In this document: one piece after another, positions 21,401 through 33,790 of the stretch | Layout: each line of letters begins with the position of its first letter | Position numbering within the stretch: the stretch's first letter is position 1 | Assembly (NCBI GenBank): GCA_051942205.1 | Contig: JAVECO010000009.1 | Location: forward strand, 186,001 to 236,574 | Source: Coniocarpon cinnabarinum | Lineage: Eukaryota | Length of the DNA: 50,574 bases | Direction of reading: 5' to 3' | Notes under the pieces: generated by a model | Told to the model about the DNA's origin: nothing | Seen by the model: the letters and a program-made list of their open reading frames with translations, nothing else | Databases searched by the model: none | Program-made: the position numbers and the translations under genes

Positions 21401-21634
21401 TTCTCCTTCGTGAGGAGGAAGCTGCGACCCTGCGAGGGCATCTGGAGGACCGTGGTCATTGCTGGGTTGATCATCACGATCATGTTCCTCTTTGCGCTGG
21501 ACATTGATGGGTGTGAAGGAGATTGCAGGAATGGACATGGAAAGAGCGGTGTCCGCCGCAGCTGCTTGCGACGACGGCGTCCGCGCACGCGGGTTGCCTG
21601 TGGACCTAAGGCCGAATATGTTGGGGAAGCGCAT
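18470..21634 (-). CDS. Large, mostly disordered hypothetical protein (1054 aa) with three R-[DN]-x-x-G-[KRQ]-F motifs and basic NLS-like tracts
   Basis: 3.1-kb stop-free ORF. Small hydrophobic helical core (LSSVDAAIIAFIYSGLG...) and RRRKRRNRKHR. Confidence 0.85.
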   Translation of the reverse strand: MRFPNIFGLRSTGNPRARTPSSQAAAADTALSMSIPAISFTPINVQRKEEHDRDDQPSNDHGPPDALAGSQLPPHEGESQAFANSTPSVAQAPPWSFSTPDVTTRTSQNSDNTRKRTQSEAFSTPAEAVGGAGEVDLEESGMDSTQSKRAKLSEPVIDGKHSIRDSTGKFTSKTNISYSGKPLQDTTPAPSASPSTQSHTIEHRLTSTVPGQDGLSSFQSNDDQRSASRDAADPAQSVSSRQSSVHPTDPWQKFRMSAPPKTHDTMSQAKTSTPGNKHDKRDSSGRFTSYQTPKPKTHQVRNQKGQFAPLGGNATAPPRDRKKSLHENLNATRSSPLRAKSGKDMFSVPSSNSVQVRIGFSPTENASQHDSTLTTFKSSDMTGQRSNSGILSEIAQESQIPSNDSAPNLGVSQEAGLDGETDQNEDSMNGVSDQLSNAQVSPETEDRHGSSHFHSQQAPGEGGDHGTGAQQAVGRPTRHGLPKPTVLSSVDAAIIAFIYSGLGMEAFALGRLRQASHGDDIAAQLLRNLLSEDLESVSSKSELKSILSRFDVAQRQKWNTTLAVACALAMESARDSEADVSENAGQDEVASETTNLHSQKILSRQTSSERAAGPQEQRPPPSTKVSTEVSVDASTGANEAASPPPPPRIETSTRPKRAARERAETKFAARPFAFLDDLEVDKVQEPKVMRKPTSPAPLRQGSSASKPVQRQDLSKDDGSDSWHLGSAKDERAPNVYENVNVPSRLSSVHACGRPGSKRSGRPLQQKQIDDLSPSQDVLMQIMHSNSPKVPISDEAQPDQAFTQVQARAGSRQLDHSTSSSDNFAQTTSPLINGKPLNFTDVGKSAADLQATPDRSGSSSPAQLHVEKSAVPFHDRSAPKKSSQTRRRKRRNRKHRTPSSQHVHKLSQTNQISESPPPQRNMSHAMSQKLSQMQKSDTNTGEALSRRERKEWRRLKQLSLASQSRAGRNSRAKNVAQQPLPTFDPPSNAPRGHKRKQDKNHRREDKRTRKARQRLRMEEEERLVSTMPARIDESDSDIDERVPRQRGRSLSVELG

Positions 21635-22512
21635 GATGACTTGACGTCAGCGACGCGCGCTACAGGTGAGCGAGTGAAAGATAATATGGCAGAAGGCATA
21701 GAAGACAAGTGAAGGTGCAAGTCGCGTGTAGAGAACGAAGCGCAACGCGGAGCAAGATACAGCTGCACTAGCCCGAACTTCTTGACTCATGGAGCTCTGG
21801 CTTTCACGTGTCAATCATCCACCGCTGCTGTGGTCCGTGCACGCCAGTTCATCCCTCGACCTGTCCATCGCTCACGTCTTTCTTCCTCGATGTTCGTGCG
21901 ATGACCTTGCTCTGTGTTCCATCTCGTCACCCATGCCTTCTTCGAGCACTGACGACGAATACATCCAGCAATTCAGCAACCCATGCAGCATTGCGCCGAA
22001 ATCACCGAGCAAGAAGATTCACCACGACGTTTATTCCTATTTTTTTTTATAAACAGAACACAAACTCTGCTTTCTCTCTGGTAATTTCGTAGAGACTTCA
22101 CATTGACCCATGATTCCTTTGGTCATATATTTGATGGAGCAGGCGAGATTCACTTGGTATCGCCTTCCCACCTTCCTGCACCATATGCTGTCTTCTCTCC
22201 ACGTTGTTTCTTTTCGCAAGATAAGAATCGGAACACCACATTGAAGCCTGCCTTTGTGCACTCACCCATCAAGCAGGTCAAGGAAACGGATGCCAGGTCA
22301 TGGCGGTACGGTGCAGAATGTTGTACTTCACCGTTGCCTGAAAAGTAATATCTTATTAAGTCACTTGGCAAGGGAAAATTCCCCGAAAAGATAACATTAT
22401 GTGTTAAATACTGGAGTAAGTATTGGCATTTGTGCAACATTATGGCGTTATCGAACACCTTCCCTTTTCCTTTGGAATTGCTGATGCGGGACTGTATTCT
22501 CTTCTTAATCTA

Positions 22513-23617
22513 ATGAGTGCTTCGTCCCTACGAGATTGGCTGTTTCTGTATAAGAAGGCTTTCATCGCGAGGTAGGTGCGAAGTTCTGTCCCCATAAGCA
22601 GTGGCGTTCGTATTGATGCCCACAACATACTCCCTAAGTTGATACAGACTCATTTCTTCCGGTGAAGTCAGTAAACCGAGTGTTCGACCTCCGATGGCTG
22701 GTGATCCTGATCGCTCTCTGGCTCGACTGAGACCAAGGCCCCTCTTCGATTGCGCCAATTTCCAAGAATTTCGCGAACATTTCTTCGCGCATTTTCACCC
22801 CAACGGCAATGTTACATTGACGAGGTTCCTAACAAGTCCGCTCGGAGGGGGTGATGATGCACACGAAACAGACGAGCTTCAACGCCGTTTCTATCAGTCC
22901 TGGAGGGACTGGGGCGGCAGTACATATCGACCCATCCTCCATAGGGCGCTGGAGAGAAGTTCAGAGATTCGTGTGGATGAGATCGCCAACGTAGTCAGCT
23001 TCGGGCTGGGTCGACTTCATGAACCACGCAGCATGCGCCAACTGGCGGTTATGGTTGACCTCATGCACCGCTATCCTGACATGAGAGGTGCCCATGCTGT
23101 CGATCCCGCGTTTCAAGATGTAGATCTCAGGTTCCTCCACGAACTCGGCATCAATGCGACTAATCAAGCGGGCACCTATGACGACCATATCAACGCCAAC
23201 ACCCTTTTCTACGCTCCTGGACTGCCTATTGCCCAGGTCCCTGCTCAGAAACTGCTTCATGTTAGACCACCAATGCTCGTCCATTCGCTAGTTCTCGTGT
23301 ACGCTGGCGTATTGGCGCAATGTATCATCCACGACTTGCCTCTGATTGGGGAGCTTTGCGAGTTCTATAAGCCATTGGCCACGCCTGGTTGGCCAACCGC
23401 AGGAACTCGCCGTCCCCCTTCAAATGTGTCCGGGGCAGACATTGAACGGTACGCGAACACGGAGTTCGCTACTTTAATCCCAATCACCGTGTGGGTCCTA
23501 CAAAGATCTGGATCAACAAAGTCAACGCGTGAGCTGTTTCTCCGTCTCGCGTCTCTCGGAATGGATTTGAGGAATCTGTTCAAAGGCTACACATCCAAGC
23601 CTGAAAAACTGAATTAA
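22513..23617 (+). CDS. SRR1-like domain protein
   Basis: VVSFGLG, SMRQLA, DPAFQDVDLRFLHELGI and TLFYAP match the SRR1 domain pattern. A probable upstream exon (ATG 22513, intron 22572-22647, GTAGGT..CTAAG..CAG) is in frame; otherwise the start is 22694. Confidence 0.78.
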
Positions 23618-24603
23618 ATCTAGTCCCTCCTGCTTTCTATTCTGGAGAAGCTTAAGCGTCGCCATTCGGGCATATCTCATGTCCTACGCCCTCGCTTATT
23701 GGCCTACAATGTTGCAATCATGAAATCCCGAGCGAAGACCGAACGTCAAACGAATGTGTTGCTGCAAGGTCTATGGCACCGAGAGAATACGATTCCACAA
23801 GTACAGAAAACGATCCACAATGAGTGTGCCGCAACAACAGGAACGATCAATGCAAGCTAACGCAGGAAACGGCCTATTAATCGTGATCTTCTGGAACCCA
23901 AATCCAATCGAGCCTTGCTGACACCGTTCGCGAATCTTGAGGGTTGAGACAAGCCTTTCCGTGGTCAATGAAGCACTTGCCTTCGCTTCACAAGCCAGAG
24001 CCGACACCAACACAGAAAAGTCTGCGAGCGTGAGCTTAAGAGCGCTTCAAAGACCGCTTTATGGTAGACTCTCTCTGAATGAGCGTCTCGTAGCTCACAT
24101 GAATGTCGAAAAAGCGAGCAGCAAGCTTTGTGGGTTACCTATCGACGCTGGAACTATGCTATTCCAGCGCTGTGGTTGCTGCACCACGGTGTTGCTTGTG
24201 AGGAGCACACACTACACATAATCCGTAGGGGAACAAGGTTTGAGGCTCTGAGCGAATCGACCGGCACTTCGAACGCGGAGAGATCAAGGAAGTAATGAGG
24301 CTGTGACCCGATGCTGCTTGCAATCAGCACAATTAGGCCAGTCGCATTCATACAATGAAGAATTCTCGCCGCAAATCATGTCATCTGAAGAACAGATTCG
24401 TTCGAAGAACACCACGTCGCATTTCCGAATTGTATCATTGCAGCTTGAACATCCAGCTTAACCTCGCCAACGTGGACTCTGAAGAGTGACGCTGCTGCGG
24501 CCTGCATTGATGACTTCACAAACTACCAAGTCAAATCCACATCACTTCACCTCTCGGGATTCCCAGGATATCAGGAGCGTTCCACACAATACTTCAAACC
24601 TCT

Positions 24604-25774
24604 TCACACCACAGCCCCAATACTCTTCTCCTTCTCAATCTGCGCCCCATCCACAACCACAATCCCCTTCCCCATCATCGTCCCACTCTCATAATACTCA
24701 ATCAGCCTCGGTAGCTCCTTCACGCCCTCAAAGCGATTCGTCTTCACCGAAACCTTATGTTTCGCGACCACCTTCAGCATCTCTTCCGCCTCAAGCGGAC
24801 TAGCAATCAACGACCCAACGACCTTGATATCCCGGAAGATGAGCTCCGCGAAAGGTACCGAGATATTCTCGGGCTGTGCAATTTGGATCATCGTACCGTG
24901 CAGTCGCGTCACGGCGCATGCGGTTGCGGCGGCAGTCGGCGCATCGCTCACGTTGACAGTAGCTTCCGCCCCTTCACCGTTCGTCACGGCTTTGATCTCT
25001 TCAAAGATGGCGGCGTTGCCTTTTCGCGCGTCGACGACTAAATCAGCGCCGTTCTTTTTCGAGAGGTCGAGTGCTCCGTCCCGCGCATCCACGCCGATGA
25101 CATTCAGCCCCAGTGCTTTCGCAAACTGCACACCTAGGTGACCAAGACCGCCGCCGCTTCCCACAATCGCGAGCCACTGCCCTGGCTTTAACGCTGGTTT
25201 CGTGACGCCACGCCAGACCGTTAGACCTGCGCAAGCGAGCGGTGCGGCTGTCTCAAACGTCACGGCGTCAGGCAGCTTCGCGCTCGTTCTCGAGTCAGCG
25301 ACCATATAATCTGCAAAGGCGCCGTCGGCCGTGACGCCGAGCAAGCCGCCCATATTGGTGCAGTACTGGCTACGACTGCTATCAGCTGGTGCTTGACACT
25401 CCGCACAGACGCCACAAGGATGGAGATTAATGCCGACCATGACACGGTCTCCTTCTTTGAGAGTCGTGACATCGGATCCGACTGCAACGATGGTGCCGGC
25501 GCCTTCGTGGGAAGCCGTATTAGGGAGGGACTTGGTCATGTGTTTGAAGACGCCGTCGAGGACCATAAGATCAGTGTGGCAGAAGGAGGCTACCGCCGTT
25601 TTGACAAGGATGTCATGTGGTCCCAGGTCCTTAGGTACTGATGTTTCCTGGATGCGATGGGGCTGTTTGAACTACTTTGGTGTGAGTACTATGAGGGAGG
25701 GTTTGCTTGGTGGTGGACGTTACCTCTACGACTTGCGCTGCAAGCATTTTGTCTGGGATGTTTTCGAGTCCCAT
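24604..25774 (-). CDS. Zinc-dependent medium-chain alcohol dehydrogenase (372 aa, 1 intron)
   Basis: Exon 1 MGLENIPDKMLAAQVVE, intron 25723-25672. Then CHTD, SHEGAG, structural Zn cysteines CGVCAEC..C, PLACAG, Rossmann GSGGGLG and an Asp (VDAR) suggesting NAD use. Confidence 0.95.
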
Positions 25775-26057
25775 GTTGGCATCTAAGACGACTGCTTTTT
25801 CGACTTGATAGTGATTCACGATTCGCAATGCAATGCGATTTATATTCTTACTTCTTTCCAACTGAGATGCTATTGATTGTTACGTCATCGTCTTACAGCC
25901 GAGCTCCGCTCGTTACTACCTAATGTTGCTCGCGGAGATAGGTTTCTAGAATCTCGCAACTGTTTCAACAGCAATAGTCAAGGGCATTTAGCAGGCGGGG
26001 TTTGCGGTGGTAGTGTCTCTAGCAGGAATCAGCTCTGGCAATGCGCGGCTTGCTTGC

Positions 26058-27275
26058 TCAACCTTTCGCCGTGAACTGTAGCTTGCGAGCAACGCCGCTT
26101 AGCTTGTTTGATTCGAGGTCTCCAGGCTTTCTTTTCAGATTCTCCGCGGTCTTTTGGATACCGCCACCCTTTCGAGGAAGTTTTTCCTTTGATGTGGGTT
26201 TCGGCATGGAGAGCCACCATTTGTGCTTGAGGATCGTTCTACACGACGGCCTCGAACGGGGGTCAAGCTTAAGCATTGACATGAGCAGGTCGACTCCCTC
26301 TTCGCCGATGACACCAAATTCGCGCATGTAAAAGTCTTTGCCTTTTACTGGTCGTACCTTTTCGGCTGGCGTAGGCATGTAATTCCTCAGTTTAGTGACG
26401 CCTGGCCAGTTGCTTTCGGACGGTGTCCCAATCACGTCGCAAATGAGCTCCGCCTGGTGAACATCAGAACTCCCAGGGAGGAAAGGCACACGTTTGACGA
26501 TTTCTGCGAATATCGTGCCAATCGACCAGACGTCAACAGCACCAGAATAGTGTTGAGCTCCGTAGAGTAGCTCAAGAGGCCGATACCATCGAGTAATCAC
26601 GAAGGACGTCATCTCTTGAGAAGGATCAGCAAACGTCCGCGAGAGACCGAAATCTGCAATCTTGAGCTCGCCGTCTGCTGCAATGAGTAAATTGTTGGGC
26701 TTCAGATCACGATGAAGAACACCGTTCTCATGACAGAACCAGACACCGCGGCAAAGCATGCCCATCCAGGCTTTCATGTCTGCAACGGTATACTTGATGT
26801 CGGTGCCTTTATGCCGGTTCTTGATCAATTCTTCCATGTCGCCCAGAGGGAGAAACTCCAGCACAAGATTAAGGTTCTGATCTTTAGTGCTGAATACATC
26901 ATAGAGTGTGATGATGTTGGGATGCCTGAGCTCCTGCAGTGCTTTGATCTCCCGCAGTGGATCTGGGGGCATGCCCACCTCTTCTTCCCTGCTCTTCTTG
27001 ATCTTCTTGATGGCCACGCGTGTGCTAGCATCTTTCACCACGTGGCCGGCGTAGACAAACGCATAAGTGCCTTCTCCCAGCGGCTTCTCATTACGGTAGT
27101 ACTTCTTCCGCGTCTGCTCGTTCAAGTGCTCTGCAAGGTCCAAAGGTGCCTCGCCTTCGTCATTGACGTTTGATGTTGAGCTGTTTGCTGCTCCAGTCAG
27201 GATAGTGTGCGCCTTTGCTTTGCCCGCTGAGACTTTCTGGAGCGTTGGGGATGTCACGGAAGGTGACCCGGCCAT
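26058..27275 (-). CDS. KIN28: TFIIH kinase CDK7/Kin28
   Basis: LGEGTYA, VAIKKIK, DQNLNLVLEFLP, HRDLKPNNLLIAADG, DFGLSR, MTSFVITRWYR and the SGVARKLQF tail typical of fungal Kin28. Confidence 0.93.
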   Translation of the reverse strand: MAGSPSVTSPTLQKVSAGKAKAHTILTGAANSSTSNVNDEGEAPLDLAEHLNEQTRKKYYRNEKPLGEGTYAFVYAGHVVKDASTRVAIKKIKKSREEEVGMPPDPLREIKALQELRHPNIITLYDVFSTKDQNLNLVLEFLPLGDMEELIKNRHKGTDIKYTVADMKAWMGMLCRGVWFCHENGVLHRDLKPNNLLIAADGELKIADFGLSRTFADPSQEMTSFVITRWYRPLELLYGAQHYSGAVDVWSIGTIFAEIVKRVPFLPGSSDVHQAELICDVIGTPSESNWPGVTKLRNYMPTPAEKVRPVKGKDFYMREFGVIGEEGVDLLMSMLKLDPRSRPSCRTILKHKWWLSMPKPTSKEKLPRKGGGIQKTAENLKRKPGDLESNKLSGVARKLQFTAKG

Positions 27276-27709
27276 GATCGAAGCAGATGTCTGGAAAGAC
27301 AATGGAAATGATATGACAAGCTTAAAGAGGCATCGGCCGCTATCGAACGAAAGTTTCGCGCAGGCAGCCCACGTGATGAGCTTCCAGTTTCTGAGTTGAC
27401 AACATCGAATCTGCTAGGTCCTTTAGATGGCGGGGCTGGCGAGGTACGAAGCACCTCATGGTGTAGGTGAACCGTTCGCCACGTGCTTACGCGTATGACA
27501 CGCATAAACTCACCCTGCCAGATATGCCAAGCAATACTTTGCGCTGACTTTACGGAGTACCTCTCGCTTGTATATACGAGCATAAAGGTTATCTACCTCC
27601 ACTGCAAGCTTGACCGTTTGACCACATTTTTCGATCCTCAAGCAACGGCGTGGTCGCTGAAGCCTAGGTCGGCTATCTAGCTCCCTACACATTGCTTAAG
27701 TCCTCCTAA

Positions 27710-28603
27710 ATGGCCGTACGGCCGCATGCTAGCACACTCCTGAAGCGATTATCTCCGCCTAGACATTCGCAATGTCACCACATCATAGAGCTATGCCAGC
27801 CGAATAGACCGCACTGTCGAGGACTTCACTCAAGGGTGGTGTCTGCACCTGTACCTAAGCCTACGCCTTTCGTACCCGATGTCTCAACCTTTCTCAAACT
27901 CATCGGAAGAAATTTGTCACAGCACGCCTCAAAAATAGAATCATGGGATACACTTTTCAGACTCACATCACCTCAGCTCCGCGATCTCGGCGTCGAGCCT
28001 GCCCGGACACGGAAGTACTTGTTGAGATGGCGTGAAAAGTTTCGGCATGGCGAGTTTGGAATTGGAGGGGATGCAAAATTCATTGGTCGTGACGGAGCGG
28101 TGGAATGCCGATTAGTGGAAGTGCCTTTGCCTGAGGAGCAAGCTGTGATGCGAACGGCTAGTCTCGCCTCGAGTCCAGGCAGTGTGAAGAGGGTGCTGAA
28201 TGTACCATGGACGGACCCAATGGCGCAAGAAGAACAAAGTGAGGACTCATCAAAGCAAGAAAAAGTTGATCAGTCAGCGTCAGACTCACCGAACGAGGGC
28301 ATGGAGGCACAGTCAAGCTCTACTGACGCTGCGCCGCGACCGTCGCAACGGCCAGTGCCCCTTGATGACCAGGCGGTGCGGAGGGCTCGACCAATCGAAG
28401 GCGTCAAACACAAACCAGGACGTGGACTCTACGGGCCTTACCTCCAAATCGCCAAAGGCAGCCACGGGGAAGTTGGGGTCCTCGAAGTAAAAGAGGGGAT
28501 GTGGGAGCATCGAAGAGGACAGAAAGTTGACGGTGGTGAGCGGCGCAAAGCGGAGGTTCGCTTCAAGCGGGCTTCAGCGGAGAGGAGAGCAGCGCGGAAA
28601 TGA
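27710..28603 (+). CDS. FYV4: Mitochondrial IGR-motif protein (mS41/Fyv4)
   Basis: Basic N-terminal presequence; PTPFVPDVSTFLKLIGRNL..WDTLF..L.DLGVEPARTRKYLL; C-terminal GMWEHRRGQKVDGGERRKAEVR. Confidence 0.9.
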   Translation: MAVRPHASTLLKRLSPPRHSQCHHIIELCQPNRPHCRGLHSRVVSAPVPKPTPFVPDVSTFLKLIGRNLSQHASKIESWDTLFRLTSPQLRDLGVEPARTRKYLLRWREKFRHGEFGIGGDAKFIGRDGAVECRLVEVPLPEEQAVMRTASLASSPGSVKRVLNVPWTDPMAQEEQSEDSSKQEKVDQSASDSPNEGMEAQSSSTDAAPRPSQRPVPLDDQAVRRARPIEGVKHKPGRGLYGPYLQIAKGSHGEVGVLEVKEGMWEHRRGQKVDGGERRKAEVRFKRASAERRAARK

Positions 28604-29712
28604 GGTGATCGTTGACATGATCAGCCGCGTGAAGCATTTCATGCTCGAGCCAACGCAGTGATTTGCTGAAGAGCGTGCGTGAGAGGCGGGATACACACCT
28701 GGATAACGCACCTCCAAGCTCGTCGCATGGACTCAAAATCGACAAGCGGTCTTGGAGCAGCCCCGTCTTTCAACCTACGCGAAAGTCTTCTACGAGATTG
28801 CCGTGTAAGACATGACCAAGAGAGACGTTGACATCTCATGGTCCTCATTCAAATGCTGCAGCATGGACTCTATCATATGCCCAAGTCAATGCAATCAACA
28901 TAGCACTAGCAGAAGCGAAGATTGAATCCCAGTTGGTGTTGCCGAGGCCAGTAGCACTGGAGGCCACTTTGCAGAACCACGAAGCAAATCGCTGTCGTCT
29001 CAGTGCCTGTCCAGAAACACTTGATAGAGATCTAAGTCATCCACACCAAGGGGACGGTTAAGGCAAAATGTCAAAGATCACGATGGTGAGCCGTCGGAAG
29101 GAGTGTGGCACTAGGTATGGGCACTGTGGGTCTGGCCCGCGGGGACCACCAGCCCTACTTCCCCGGACTAAACTCAAACAGGGATGATGTGTTGGCGCCA
29201 GAGCCCCCTGTGCCCGTCGCTCCAAAACCCAAAACCTTCTGCACTCAACCGTCACGCCGTCAAGCCCTGCGCGTGGCATCTCCCCAAAAGAAAAAATATA
29301 CCTTCTTCTTTCCTGTCTGCGCTGTTGGCGGCTGTTCGACAACAGGGCCATGCGCCTTATCCTGGAGCGTTCTGTTGCTTCTTGCCGAACCTTATCTGCA
29401 CGCCCGTTTCTGACGCAAATCATTCCCCACCACGCAATCAAGCACTAAGGCATGCAGGAGGAAGCGCCCTCCACAACACCCTCACACCCTGATCCGCAAT
29501 CCTGACCACCACGCTGACTTGTTCCTTAATCCGCTGGCACGCCCCCTGGCGAGTGAGTGCGTGCACTTCTCCATTCTCTCGTTCCTCGCCATCCTCAATG
29601 CCCTCACCACTGCGCTGATCGCTCGCAACCCACATCGCCCAAGCGTGCGACAAGACGCTGTCCTACCACCTCTCAGGACCTCCTCCCGCTTCCTCCTTGA
29701 ACGCGATCCTAT

Positions 29713-32700
29713 ATGATCTCAACCATGTCGGCCTCTCTTCCACGACCATCCAGACCCTCGCTCAACGTTCCAACTTCGAGTTCACTCTCTGCCCCAACCA
29801 GTGGGTCTTTACCTGTCAGCAAAAGGAGCCCCACCGCGTCGTCCGCAGGCGCCTCTCCTGCAGGAACTTCCTCAGCCGGCCCGTCCCCCTCCGGTCTGCC
29901 TCGAGTCTCTTCCTCACAATCGATACCAGCCTCCTCGCCGTCTAGTCCACCAAAACAACCGCTACCTTCCCTGCCCCCTTCTGGCATCAAGACCATCCGC
30001 AAGACAGCCAGCTACAATGTCTTCCCCAAATCACCAGCGTCCGCCCGTCCACCAAGCTCCAATTACGCTTCATCGACCGCGACCACGCCACGAGGTTCGC
30101 AAAGAGCATCAAGCCTCTATACACCTTCTCGAACTCCCTCACTCAATACCCCTCACGCTTCAGGTCTGAATGGCACAGCTGGCCTTGGGATCAGAAGCGT
30201 CCCGTCGACACCCCCCGTGGGCACAGAGAAAAGCATCGCCGAGCGTGCGACTAGCGATAAGGCGAGCTCGAGGAGTCGTCCACAATCTACGCATGGCAAA
30301 GATAAGGGCAATGTTGTTATCAGTGTAAGGGTCAGACCTGAAGCGGGGCAAAACGAACAGTCTGCCGCAGCGGCGGTCGCATCTGGAGAATGGATGGTCA
30401 ATGGCCGGTCGTCATTGATCTCATACCAGGGGAAAGAGGGTGGAGAATACTATTACGATAATGTGTTCACGGCGCATGATGGAAATGCGAAAGTGTACGA
30501 CGCCTCTGCGAAGCGACTGGTGCGGCGCGTCATGGAAGGCTATCATGGTACAGTGTTCGCATATGGCATGACAGGCACAGGAAAGACCTACTCAATGCAA
30601 GGTACAGCAAAACAGCCTGGAGTGATACCGCTTGCAATAACTGACATATTCTCGTTCATTCGCGAGAACCCCGAACGAGAATTTCTGTTGCGAGTCAGCT
30701 ACCTGGAGATATACAACGAAAAAATCCATGACCTGTTAACGACTGCGCCACAAGCGTCGAGACCGGGTCCGCCTCAGCAAGAAGAGATCAAGTTACGTGA
30801 AGACGACAAGCGTGGTGTGTATGCGACGCCACTGAGAGAAGAGATTGTTCAGAGTCCCACTCAGCTGCTTCGGGTGATAGCACGTGGCGACCATTCTCGA
30901 CGGACTTCAAGTACCCAGTACAACGCGAGATCCTCGCGAAGTCACGCCGTGGTACAAATCGTGGTAGAAAGTCGCGAGCGTAACGCTGGAGGCTCATCCG
31001 CTTCCACAGACATGACAGACTCGGAGATGATACCCGGTGGCGCTCGTATATCGACATTGAGCTTAATTGATTTGGCTGGTTCAGAACGAGCCGCAGAGTC
31101 CAAAGAGCGTCGAACCGAGGGTGCTCACATCAACAAAAGCCTGTTGACGCTCGGTACCGTCGTCTCGAAGCTGTCCGGCTCAAAAGACAAGTCGGGACTG
31201 CCCATGGACAAAGAGGGCAAACACCTACCATACCGTGACAGCAAGCTGACGAGATTGCTGCAGCAAGCTCTGTCTGGCGGCTCACTCATTTCAATTTTAT
31301 GCACGATACAGATCGGCTCGGCGAACAGCGCAGCAACGACCGGGCAGCACACCGTTGAAACCTTGAACACGCTCAAATTTGCTGCAAGGGCACGCAACAA
31401 CATTGTCAGCCACGCAAAGAAATCGGAAGAGTCACATGCCGACATAGGAGATGCAGGCAGTCGAGCCCTTCTTGATCGATATCGAATCGAGATTGTAGAG
31501 CTCAGAAAACAGTTGGAGGGTCAGAAGACCGTGAATCAGAAGGCGCAGGATGAAGAAGAAGAGCGCCAAAGACAAGCGGAAGATGAAGCACGCCGTATGT
31601 CGTTCCTCTTGCGTCTCAACGATATATTTCAGAAACATTCTAACATCTCCCAGACGAAGAACAAATGCTTGAGATGCATTTGGCACGCACGGCACTCAAG
31701 GAGCGAATTGAGCATCTGAACAGACTCATGTAAGTGTCAGGAAGATTTAAAACTCAGGTTTCAAACTAATCATGCACGCTTAGTCTGAGTTCAAAATCGA
31801 TCGGAGTCAACAACCGGACACTCTCCCAGTCATCAAGTACCACAAAGAACGCTCAAGGAAAGTCGGTACGGTCATCCTCTGGCAGCATACTCAGCTCTGC
31901 GAGTGACCTCGGACGAAAATCGTCAAAGAGCTCAATCAAATCCGCCTCCACCTTAAAGGAGAACCCTACACAAGAAGAAGCACGGACGCCCACAGAAATC
32001 AGTCCCCCTCCCGAAGAGGAAGAAGAAGAATCGATTGATGAGCTTGGCGACGGCAATGCATCACTTGCGACTCAGGTGAAGAATCTTCAAGCCGATCTAG
32101 CGGATAAGAACCGTTACATTGTGACGCTGGAGAAGCGGGTTTGGCACGCTCGTCGAGCAAGTAAAAGTCAAACAAGCAACGCTATGAGCAAGACTTTCAG
32201 CTCACCAATACCGGAGGATGAACCAGTGGAAGGGCCTGATGCGATCATTCGTGACAAGGATGTTGAAATCGCTGATTTACGAGCTCGCTTGGATGATAAA
32301 GAACGCATAGTTGCTGCGCTGAAGTCGGCTGCACGGAAGCGCGACGTGGCTGACTCACGCCCTTCGAGTGTGTCCCCTGGTGTCAATGTGGGAGACCGAT
32401 TTTCTCCCCGTACGTCTTTGAATTCCTCTCAAGGCATACTGAGCAATGGGCAGCGGCGAATATCAGGTGGGAGCGCCAGAAGCAACAGTCAGACAGACGA
32501 TGCACGTCGCAGTCTATCTAGCCCTCACAGTTCACTCTCCAAGGTTACTTCAGCCAACCATATCGCAAGTGATGAAAGTCCAACAAGTCCTAAACCGCGT
32601 GTGCTCGCATTAGCTAGCGGTGGCCCTGCAAAGCATGTGGAAGCTACTCACGGTGTGGATGAGATGACCCGAATCCTTGATGAGATGATCAGGCAGAAGG

Positions 32701-33365
32701 CTGAGACCGAGGGCGCGATGAACAAGCCACTGCCTCCTCGACCTGGGAGTCAACAGATTGCCGCAAATAGCTCTGTGGCTCGAGCTCTCGCCTCTACTAC
32801 CTCAACGGAGCGACGAGTTGCTACCAACAATGGTACCCATCCGGCAGAGCACCAAAGCACGCTCACGAATGGCAACGATGCTTTTGGCTCAAGACCACAT
32901 CGAAAGCCTGTTCCCTCGCCAAATAGCGCTATCAATACAGACAATACGATGGGCATGGCGCGCAGTAAAGGCAGTCCAATTGTCGATCCGGGCAAGCTAT
33001 CTGGATGGGAGTCAGATATTCAACGTCGGCGAAGCCTAAAGAAAGAAAGCAGAGAGCGGGCAGAGGTTGGTGGCGGTACCAATCACGACGTCAAGCCCCC
33101 TAACCAATCAAACGGGAATCATGCTGCCGGCGCAATGCATCCACAAACATCAAATCATGTGCCGCCTTTGTCATACGAAAACAACACAGGCAACCACGAC
33201 TATCTCCAGAGGCCGACGAGAGATTGGCTTCGGGTTGCTGATATTGGACAACAGCGCGACATCTCTCCCGGCAGTGAAGGCACAGCTATCTTAGACGAGG
33301 TGCAAGAAGGCGGCCACAGCAAGAGGAACTCGATCGTTGGACTAGGCATTGAGGCAAAGACCTGA
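29713..33365 (+). CDS. kipA: Kinesin-7 family motor KipA/Kip2 (~1179 aa, 2 introns)
   Basis: VSVRVRP, P-loop GMTGTGKT, SSRSH, DLAGSE and HLPYRDSKLTRLL. Introns 31595-31653 and 31730-31783 restore HEEQMLEMHLARTALKERIEHLNRLILSSKS and join to the 32076-33365 ORF in frame. Confidence 0.95.
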
Positions 33366-33790
33366 GCGACACTCACAACAAAGACCACGTCCCAAGAGGG
33401 TCACGGCGTCATTTACAATGTGTTGCCATTGGCAGCAACGATTGGAAAACTGTATAAATAATTAGTCTGGCCAGTGAGCTTGGCCGTGACGAGCAGATAC
33501 CCCTTCAGTACGTGTGTAAGCTGTGCTTGGAAGTGTGCATCGTGAAGCCTGCACAGACGATACAGTAATAGGACCTCTTCTTCTTCAAACCTCAGATGTA
33601 CTCTACGCGCATTGCCAGATTGCCCTGCAACAACGAATGAGGGTTAATGCAGATGCCGTCGTCTAATGCCATTCACGGGAGCGGCTTTGCCTTCCTATTC
33701 TAGGACACCTCGGCCTATATTACTACAACGTGCGCGTAGGTATTTATTCAATGTATCTGCCACAGACGCAAAATCGATCCTGCCAGATTT

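Noticed and set aside
23700..24500. Short ORFs and a GCTAAC..CAG site between SRR1 and ADH
   Set aside because: I could not build a coherent gene model and saw no recognisable motif.
26338..26350. GCCTTTTAC resembling U5 snRNA loop I
   Set aside because: It lies inside the KIN28 coding region and has no flanking stem.
31595..31719. Kinesin ending at 668 aa as in the ORF track
   Set aside because: This is an artefact of reading into an intron; splicing continues the gene to 33365.
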